This document shows positions 57,146-64,000 of a stretch of DNA of 64,000 bases, one piece after another. Below the pieces are notes generated by a model. It was not told where the DNA came from. It did not search any database and was given only the letters and a program-made list of their open reading frames with translations. Positions within the stretch are counted from its first letter, which is position 1, and the number at the start of each line of letters is the position of its first letter. Made by a program: the position numbers and the translations under genes. Origin of the DNA: Deinococcales bacterium (GTDB lineage Bacteria > Deinococcota > Deinococci > Deinococcales > JAAFIG01); NCBI GenBank assembly GCA_043778225.1, contig JAYWGM010000072.1, positions 14,954 to 78,953 of the forward strand, in the 5' to 3' direction.

Positions 57146-58555
57146 TTAATCTAAGGGCTTGACAAAGTTTAAGATGGTCGTCAACAATAACCCAAGCATT
57201 CCGAGCCAATCACCAAATTGGGCATAGGGCGTTAGTCCGAAGGCAGCTTGTGCTTTCCCCTCGAGTACCATATTTGCGCCTCGAGTCGAGATGGCTATAA
57301 TTTGCCCATTGGCATCCGAAAAAGCACTTGGTCCAGTTTTTGAAGCAAACACCAAACTCCGCCCTAAAGCCGTTGCCAGTACCACCGAGCCGCGCCAATG
57401 GGCAACTGGGGTGTTCGCGCCACCCGCAAAACCATCTGAGGTCAGCACCATTAAAGCCCCTGCGCCCGATAACACCGCTTCTCGAGCCACCCACGGAATA
57501 ATGCTTTCATAGCAAATTAGCATTCCCCAGTTTATTCCAGCCGCTTGTACTGGCTGGCTCGAGTTTCCAGCCGTGAGCGTATCCTCGCCGCCGGGCATCA
57601 GGGCTTGTTTAAGATAAACTTGCTCGAGGCTATTGTCTTTCCAGTGTTGGGCAGTATTAAAAAGTTGTTTTTGCTTGGTTGTGATAACGCCAATCATGCT
57701 TTCTGGCAAGCTCGAGAGGAAGGCTTTAACGGGTATGGGCATTGGTTTATCTAAGTCATAGGTACTTGGCAGGGTTTGCTCTGGGAAAACCAGTAATCCA
57801 GTCGCCTTTTTTACTAACTTTTGCAACGTTGTAAAGTAATTGGCGGTCATTCCAGAACTAAAGGCTGTTAAAACCATATCAGCTTGAGAATACGGACTTT
57901 GCACTATACTAATTTGACTCGAGAAACCAGTTTTTTGCGTTTTTGGTGCAAATCCAAGGCTGACACCAAGCACGGCTGTCAAACCCATCAGCCAAAAAAG
58001 CGAAGCGATTTTGAAACGATTTTTAAATAGCTGATAAATGCCTAAATTCAGAATCCAGAGCAGGATTCCTAAACCTGTTGCGCCGCTCCAAGTCGCCGCA
58101 CCCAAAAGAATTGTCCCTTCGGTACTGGCACTCATGGCTGCCCAACCAATGTGCGCCATGTTCCGAGTCAGGCTTGGTTGCATCAGTAAAAATATCAAGG
58201 CACTCCAAGCAGCAATCAAGCCAAGCCACATCCAAGCTATGCCAAAACGCCGACGCAAGTAAACCGCGTAAAAACCCAGTAGCCCATAAAAGACCATAAA
58301 AATGCCACAACCAAGACTGGTCCACAGAGGAAATTCGTAAAAACCACCTTCATAGACCCAAAGTGCTAAAGGTAAACTCGAGACCGCCATTGCAAGGGCT
58401 GCCAAGCGTTTTTTAGGCAGATGCTCGAGCAAATAAAGGATTGGAATTAGCGCAACCCAAGCTAAATAACCCACGCCCTCGAGCCTAAGGGCAGTGTCCA
58501 TTAAGAGTCCACTGAACAGGCTGAGGGTTAAAATTGCCACCAAACTAAGCTGCAT
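57146..58555 (-). CDS. lnt: Apolipoprotein N-acyltransferase-like protein
   Basis: TM domain plus nitrilase fold with E-K-C triad (FPEQ, YLKQALMP, LICYES); TPYAQFGD. Confidence 0.8.
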   Translation of the reverse strand: MQLSLVAILTLSLFSGLLMDTALRLEGVGYLAWVALIPILYLLEHLPKKRLAALAMAVSSLPLALWVYEGGFYEFPLWTSLGCGIFMVFYGLLGFYAVYLRRRFGIAWMWLGLIAAWSALIFLLMQPSLTRNMAHIGWAAMSASTEGTILLGAATWSGATGLGILLWILNLGIYQLFKNRFKIASLFWLMGLTAVLGVSLGFAPKTQKTGFSSQISIVQSPYSQADMVLTAFSSGMTANYFTTLQKLVKKATGLLVFPEQTLPSTYDLDKPMPIPVKAFLSSLPESMIGVITTKQKQLFNTAQHWKDNSLEQVYLKQALMPGGEDTLTAGNSSQPVQAAGINWGMLICYESIIPWVAREAVLSGAGALMVLTSDGFAGGANTPVAHWRGSVVLATALGRSLVFASKTGPSAFSDANGQIIAISTRGANMVLEGKAQAAFGLTPYAQFGDWLGMLGLLLTTILNFVKPLD

Positions 58556-59061
58556 TAACGACCCACTCGGGTTTTCTGACTTGTTCCAAAAGCATACAGT
58601 TGCCCGTAATTATTTTGTAGCCACGCGGCTAAAAATTTGTCTTTTGGGTAGACCATTTGCCCTAAAAACGGGTCAATCACACTGACATATTCGGTGTCCA
58701 CATACTGAACCAAGACATAGCGCTTTTTGATTAAAACCACAAATTCGGGCTTGTACTGCTCGAGGTCGGTGGCTGCCACCCGATACCAACGCCCACCTAG
58801 ACTGGTGCGGTTGGCAATTTGGGCAAAACTGAGGGTCGATAAATGCTCGAGTTGTAGACCAGATTTTATTCCAAGAAACTCGAGCATTGAGATGCCACCA
58901 TCACCAGTTTTGTCGGTGCGGTTCTCGAGCTTAAAGCGCTGCCCATCAAAGCGTGGGTCGGCATATAGTGGGTGTCCAGCCCCAAGGCGCAACAAAGTTG
59001 AAGGAATCCAGAGCAGCAATAAGGCTGCTAAAGCAAACCACCAAAATTGTTGCGTTTTCAT
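58555..59061 (-). CDS. C39-peptidase-like domain protein, apparently inactive
   Basis: N-terminal TM; YVLV...VIDPFLG...KFLAAW C39 pattern; no Cys anywhere in the protein. Confidence 0.55.
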   Translation of the reverse strand: MKTQQFWWFALAALLLLWIPSTLLRLGAGHPLYADPRFDGQRFKLENRTDKTGDGGISMLEFLGIKSGLQLEHLSTLSFAQIANRTSLGGRWYRVAATDLEQYKPEFVVLIKKRYVLVQYVDTEYVSVIDPFLGQMVYPKDKFLAAWLQNNYGQLYAFGTSQKTRVGR

Positions 59062-59064
59062 AAA

Positions 59065-59301
59065 TTATTGCCTTGGGTATAAAGCGCTCAGCCGTTCCTC
59101 GAGGGTTACGATGTTGACTTTGTGGCGGATAGCTTTATTGCAAGTCGCGCAGCTTGTCTGGCTTTCGAGGTTTATTGGGGTTGCGCCAGTATTGCGTTTA
59201 ATCATACCGTCGCAAACCATTGAGCCAGTACCCAGTATTTGTGTGCCAGAAAAAATTGCAGTCATTGCCAGAATTCCCAGTATTAGCTTCTTAGATTTCA
59301 T
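59065..59301 (-). CDS. 78-aa secreted peptide with three Cys (CATC)
   Basis: GGAGG RBS; signal-like N-terminus; tightly coupled to neighbours. Confidence 0.65.
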   Translation of the reverse strand: MKSKKLILGILAMTAIFSGTQILGTGSMVCDGMIKRNTGATPINLESQTSCATCNKAIRHKVNIVTLEERLSALYPRQ

Positions 59302-59302
59302 A

Positions 59303-60319
59303 TTAACCTCCGGTGATGGTGCAACTGGTTAAGTTGACGTTGCTTGGAATCAGTAAGCCATCAATGATGTGCGTCACGCCATTACGCACAATCCAGTCGC
59401 GCCATTGAGTTCCGTTTGGGTCATTGGCTTTTAGCGCAATACCATTGAGTAACAGTTGCCCAGCCACTTTTGTAATCGTAATGCTGTCGCCGTTTTTGGT
59501 TAGTACACTGGTTTTAGCTTCTAAATCGGCACTTAAAAATTGTCCATCTAAAATGTTGTGATTTAAGACTTTTTGCAGCACCGCAGCATTGGTTGCCAAG
59601 CAATTGCGTTGTGTAATGGGCAACGACTTAAAGTCTGGGTTTTCGGGCAGAAATACTGTAAATGCTCCGTTTAAGCGTAAGTCCGTAAACGTCCCTAAGT
59701 TAGCCAGTTGCGTCTTAAAAGTGGGTTCGCCAACTCGAGCAATCGCTTCAAAGGTCGTTTCGGCTAGCGTGGCGTTTAAGAGTAAATCATCGGTGATATG
59801 AACTACACCATTGCTGCCTCTGATGTCAGGCACGACAATTTCAGGTATGGTTACTGCATAAGTATCTAAAAAACCATCATCGTAATACCCAGAGTCAATA
59901 AAAACCCGAGTACCATCAAGCGAAACATAAACTTCGGTTGCTAAGGTATTGACCACAGTTCCCAGTTCGCCAAGTGGATTGTTTGGATTGATGGTTTTTT
60001 TCAAGGCTGCCAAATCAAGGCTTTGTGGCAAGATATTAAAGTTAATCACATTCTCGAGCGACTTGCCACTTGGTTTGGGTGAGGTTAAACCCGCAAAGGC
60101 AGCATTTTCAAACGCTGAATTTTGTGGCGCAAAGACCGTTAAAGTGCGGCTGTTATCGGACAAAAATGCCACTTGGGCTGGGCTTAAACTGGCTTTTAAG
60201 CTGCTTAGACGGGCATCGGTGGCAATAATGTCGTAGACCGTATTGGATTTAATCGGTTGCGGGCAACTGGTTAGCCCCGCTATCAGTAGAGAAAAAGCGA
60301 AACCATGCTGAATTTTCAT
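59303..60319 (-). CDS. Fasciclin (FAS1) domain lipoprotein
   Basis: LTSC lipobox; TVFAPQNSAF, NGVVHI twice; AGGAG RBS. Confidence 0.88.
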   Translation of the reverse strand: MKIQHGFAFSLLIAGLTSCPQPIKSNTVYDIIATDARLSSLKASLSPAQVAFLSDNSRTLTVFAPQNSAFENAAFAGLTSPKPSGKSLENVINFNILPQSLDLAALKKTINPNNPLGELGTVVNTLATEVYVSLDGTRVFIDSGYYDDGFLDTYAVTIPEIVVPDIRGSNGVVHITDDLLLNATLAETTFEAIARVGEPTFKTQLANLGTFTDLRLNGAFTVFLPENPDFKSLPITQRNCLATNAAVLQKVLNHNILDGQFLSADLEAKTSVLTKNGDSITITKVAGQLLLNGIALKANDPNGTQWRDWIVRNGVTHIIDGLLIPSNVNLTSCTITGG

Positions 60320-60428
60320 AAATATCTCCTTATAGAACTCGAGCGATTGCCAAAAATACCGTACAAAACCATGCTTCCATACCTCCAAAACACTGTCTTG
60401 AGTACACGATAAATGTGTGCCGTCACAT

Positions 60429-60445
60429 AGCCGTGAGACGAACCG
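60429..60445. promoter_or_regulatory. 17-bp motif shared with 63783-63799, putative AfsR-like operator
   Basis: AGCCGTGAGACGAACCG identical at both sites. Confidence 0.6.
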
Positions 60446-60504
60446 ACTCGAGGTGTGAGATGGTGGCTTGACAAGTCCCTGATAAACTTGTTTAGCTGTC
60501 GATT

Positions 60505-63264
60505 GTGTTAAGGCTTTTGGGGTCTGTTCGGCTGGATGATCGGGTATTGGTCTTTGAACGGGCGACGTATCTGCTGGCTATTTTGGCGCTGCACGGTACT
60601 TGGGTATCTCGAGATGAGCTTTGCTTATTGCTATGGTCTGAGGATACAGATGTTGAAGTGGCACGGATGCGCTTGCGGCAACTGCTGTACCGCACTAAAA
60701 AACTCGGTTTAGGCTCGGACATCGAAACCCAAGTGGAGCGTTTGCGGTATACCGGACAGTCCGATGTCCAAAGGCTGCAACAGGCTTTTTTGCAACGCGA
60801 TTTTGCTGGAGGCTTAGCCTTGTATCGAGGCGCTTTTCTTGAGGGAGCAGTGCCGTATGAAATTCCAGAATTGGTCACTTGGCTCGATGTCGAACGTGAC
60901 CGCCTGCGTTCTGAGGTGCGTTCTGCGACCTTGGAGTTGGTCAAGCAAAATCCCAAAGAGGCACAAATTTGGCTCGAGCAACTGCTGCAACTCGAGCCGA
61001 TGGATGAGGAGTTACTGCTGCTAAGTTTGAAATTCCCGAAATTAGCAACTCGGGCGCTTGACTGGCATCTTGCCGCTCTGAAAGCCATAGGGCTTGAGCC
61101 AGAGGCTGGTTTACTCGAGCGTTTTGCTTTGGATACACCTTTAGAGTCATCGCTGATTCTTAAAATACCAAAAGCCACTTCGCTTTTTATTGGGCGACAG
61201 CTTGAACTCGAGCAAATTGCATCTTTTTGGCAACAACCAGAAAATCGGCTGCTCAGCTTGCTGGGTTTGGGTGGGCTTGGTAAAACCCGACTGGCACTCG
61301 AGGTTGCCGAGCATTTTGCGGGGCGAGTGGTCTTTGTGTCTTTGGTTGGGATTGAAGATGCCCAACTTATCCCTCGGGTCTTGCTGCTGCAATTGGGGCT
61401 GACGGGTGATGACCAACAAACCTTGTTACAAGCCTTAGAAAACGAATCGCTGCTTTTGGTGCTGGATAACCTCGAGCAAGTGCTGGAAGTACGCCACTTG
61501 ATTGCTAAAATCCTTACATTTTGCCCAAAAATCAAAATCCTTTGTACCAGCCGTGAAGCCCTTGGTTTACAAGCCGAACAACGCTTAAAACTCGAGGGGC
61601 TACCCGCCTTGGCAGAAGATTTGCCGTTAGCCCAACAAGCGGCTGCCCAAGTATTTTTAGCCGCCGCACGGCGTTTAGAACCTCGTTACCAATTGGTAGA
61701 TACCGATTTTCTAGCCCTCTCGAGGATACACAGCGCCGTGGCTGGAATGCCACTTGGTTTAGAGTTGGCGGCTGGTTGGTTGCGGGTCATGCCACTTTTG
61801 GAAATTGCCCAAGCCATCGAAGCCGACCGTTCTGTGCTGCAAAGCGATGCGCCCGATGTTCCAGAACGACAACGCAGTTTCGAGGCACTTTTTAACAGCA
61901 GTTGGCGTTTACTCAGCCCCGACGAACAGACTGCGCTGTGTCAGTTGGCTTTGCTGCGCGGCGGCTTTACCTTTGTCTTAGCCGCGCAAGTGACAGGTGT
62001 GCTAACCCCAACCTTGTTGCGATTGGTCAATAAATCACTATTAAAACGCAGCCAAGGAAAGTTCTATTTGCACGAACTGATTCGGCAACACGCCCAAAGC
62101 TACCTGAGTGCCGAAGCTAGACTTGCTACGCTAGACAGGGTATCCGATGGCTTACTCGAGTTGGCTAAGGAATGGTCGGACAAAAGTTATCAGCAAGAAC
62201 AAACCCGCTTAATTACAGCACTAGAAGCCCAACACGATAACTTGCGAATGGTCATCGAAGATGCCTTTTTGCGTTCTCCAGACCGAGCCGCTGCGCTGGT
62301 GGCATACTCATGGGATTTTTGTACCGCTTGCAGTTACGATGACCAAGCCATGGATTGGTTGGCTCGAGCCATGGCGATTCCAGCTATAACAACCGAGGTT
62401 CGTGGTTTATTGCTGATTGGTTTTGCTTATGTCGCCCCAAAATATCAGCGTTTCGCCGAAGGGTACGCGGCGGCAGATGAAATGACCAGCCTGTATTCGC
62501 AAAATACGCTTTTTCTAGCCATCGCTAATCGGTTGCGTGGCAACCTTGCTTTTTACGAACAAAACCTCGAGCAAGCCGACTGGTTCTATACCCTGTCTTG
62601 CAATGCCTTACTGGACTTGGATGTTGAACGGTACGCTTGTTACAGCAGCGAATTAGCCCGAATAAAATTTCTCCGAGGCGACCTAAGCACCGCTAAGGTA
62701 CTGCTCGAGCAAGGCATCGGTTTAGCCCGCCAAATAGACGACCAAGCCACACTAGCCGATGCCCTGTGCATACTGGCAGAAGTTCAAGGCAACCTGGGCG
62801 ATTTTGAGAACCAACATCAACTGCTTGAGCAAGCCCAAATTTATGCGTTTAATGTTGGGAATCAGACCCTACTTGGAAAAATCTGGGTGACATTAGCCCA
62901 TAATGCCATGGCTCGAGGCTATCACGAGCAAGCTGGAATATTCTTAAAGAACGGCTTACAGGTTTTTTGGGAACGCCGATTCTTAGATTTAGCGGCTAAA
63001 GTGCTGCTCGAAATAGCCTTATTTTATGTGGTACAAGACCCAGAAAAAGCGCTTTGGTTAGCTGGAGGCATTCAAGCCCACTGGCGAAAAACCCAAACCC
63101 AACCCGGCGAACAACAACGCCATATCCTCGAGACGATTCGCGCCCATAGCCGTATGGAAGCAACCCATTACCATCCGCTTGAAATGCAGGGCGAACGCCT
63201 GAGTTTTGATCAACTGGTCAAACTGGCACTCGAGCTTGGGGTAGAAACCCGAGTGCCATGCTAA
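60505..63264 (+). CDS. AfsR/SARP-type regulator: BTAD + NB-ARC ATPase + TPR
   Basis: LRLLG, LYRGAFL, GLGGLGKTRLA, LVLDNLE, GMPLGLELAA. Confidence 0.9.
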   Translation: MLRLLGSVRLDDRVLVFERATYLLAILALHGTWVSRDELCLLLWSEDTDVEVARMRLRQLLYRTKKLGLGSDIETQVERLRYTGQSDVQRLQQAFLQRDFAGGLALYRGAFLEGAVPYEIPELVTWLDVERDRLRSEVRSATLELVKQNPKEAQIWLEQLLQLEPMDEELLLLSLKFPKLATRALDWHLAALKAIGLEPEAGLLERFALDTPLESSLILKIPKATSLFIGRQLELEQIASFWQQPENRLLSLLGLGGLGKTRLALEVAEHFAGRVVFVSLVGIEDAQLIPRVLLLQLGLTGDDQQTLLQALENESLLLVLDNLEQVLEVRHLIAKILTFCPKIKILCTSREALGLQAEQRLKLEGLPALAEDLPLAQQAAAQVFLAAARRLEPRYQLVDTDFLALSRIHSAVAGMPLGLELAAGWLRVMPLLEIAQAIEADRSVLQSDAPDVPERQRSFEALFNSSWRLLSPDEQTALCQLALLRGGFTFVLAAQVTGVLTPTLLRLVNKSLLKRSQGKFYLHELIRQHAQSYLSAEARLATLDRVSDGLLELAKEWSDKSYQQEQTRLITALEAQHDNLRMVIEDAFLRSPDRAAALVAYSWDFCTACSYDDQAMDWLARAMAIPAITTEVRGLLLIGFAYVAPKYQRFAEGYAAADEMTSLYSQNTLFLAIANRLRGNLAFYEQNLEQADWFYTLSCNALLDLDVERYACYSSELARIKFLRGDLSTAKVLLEQGIGLARQIDDQATLADALCILAEVQGNLGDFENQHQLLEQAQIYAFNVGNQTLLGKIWVTLAHNAMARGYHEQAGIFLKNGLQVFWERRFLDLAAKVLLEIALFYVVQDPEKALWLAGGIQAHWRKTQTQPGEQQRHILETIRAHSRMEATHYHPLEMQGERLSFDQLVKLALELGVETRVPC

Positions 63265-63265
63265 A

Positions 63266-63682
63266 TTACTTTTTGGTTAAGGAAAAACTAACTGTGCCAA
63301 GGGCTTCCGTTCCAAAAGTATTATTTAAGTTTGTACCAACCAGCTTATCGCCCTCGATTTTGACTGTGCCGGTTAGTCCCAAGACACTATTTGGAGAGCT
63401 TGCATAGGTGTAAGTTGCAGTAAATGCACCTTGTGAGCTAACTGTACCGTCTTTGATGCTACCATTATCGGGTACTTCGCCAGTATTATTAACGACTGTG
63501 CCAGTTAATGTTCCTGTGCTACTTACAGTCACACTTAGTGTTCCAGCCACTGGAACTGTTTGACCACCTTGTACTACAGAAAAAGTTCCAGCCCAAGTGC
63601 CAGCAAATGGACTGGCAGCAGGGGTTTGATTACACGAAACAAAAGCGACCAACGAGAGCAGCAATACAGCGAATTTTTTCAT
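63266..63682 (-). CDS. Hypothetical lipoprotein
   Basis: MKKFAVLLLSLVAFVSC lipobox; FAGTWAGTF. Confidence 0.75.
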   Translation of the reverse strand: MKKFAVLLLSLVAFVSCNQTPAASPFAGTWAGTFSVVQGGQTVPVAGTLSVTVSSTGTLTGTVVNNTGEVPDNGSIKDGTVSSQGAFTATYTYASSPNSVLGLTGTVKIEGDKLVGTNLNNTFGTEALGTVSFSLTKK

Positions 63683-63907
63683 AAATACATCCTTATTGAA
63701 TGGTGGCTCGAGCCAAACTGCACCAACAGCGAATCTGCTGTGCCTGATTCGTTAAAAAAAGTGTATTAAGCCAGCGTAGAACAGCCGTGAGACGAACCGT
63801 GAGACCTTGTTTTTAAGTTATTAGCTCGAGCCTCAGCTATTTGATTTTTAGCTTACCAAACAGCTATCTTTCTCTATCTCTCAGAGCAGACTCGAGGTTG
63901 TTATGAC

Positions 63908-64000
63908 ATCTGCACCAGTCTTGCATGGGAGAATCTGCACCAGTCTTGCATGGGAGAATCTGCACCAGTCTTGCATGGGAGAATCTGCACCAGTCTTGCA
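63908..64000. repeat. Perfect 25-bp tandem array, at least 3.7 units, truncated by the window edge
   Basis: ATCTGCACCAGTCTTGCATGGGAGA at 63908, 63933, 63958, 63983. Confidence 0.95.

Noticed and set aside
60492..61535. 347-aa minus-strand ORF and similar long antisense ORFs (e.g. 32663..33409, 58727..59332)
   Set aside because: They are antisense shadows of well-supported genes, Ser/Arg-rich and without motifs.

Overview
Bacterial chromosomal window, most likely from a Deinococcota (Deinococcales-like) organism. This is inferred from the gene content: non-discriminating AspRS, Roadblock fusion, several TPR/BTAD regulators, stand-alone ProDH + P5CDH, many lipoproteins and apparently leaderless genes. 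It carries about 60 CDS, tRNA-Asp(GTC) and tRNA-Phe(GAA), two type II toxin-antitoxin pairs, GTAG-type REP palindromes, a MITE and an IS630 fragment. The hexamer CTCGAG is strongly over-represented throughout. The most striking unannotated element is a ~355-nt structured RNA candidate (about 39951-40305) with its own consensus sigma70 promoter. It holds two circularly permuted tRNA-like modules (YrlA/Y-RNA-like topology) and lies directly behind a conserved 243-aa protein of unknown function, with no Ro60/Rsr gene in the window. Other items missed by the ORF track: an Asn/Asp-rich leader-peptide attenuator upstream of aspS; a 41-aa secreted peptide divergent from a TPR-BTAD regulator, with five 11-bp-phased direct repeats between them; a 52-aa peptide with a lasso-type YxxPxL...TG leader; a lipoprotein/Cys-peptide/degenerate C39/Lnt operon; and a recurring class of unrelated ~25-bp tandem arrays that duplicate gene ends. 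All calls come from reading the sequence by eye; no searches were run.
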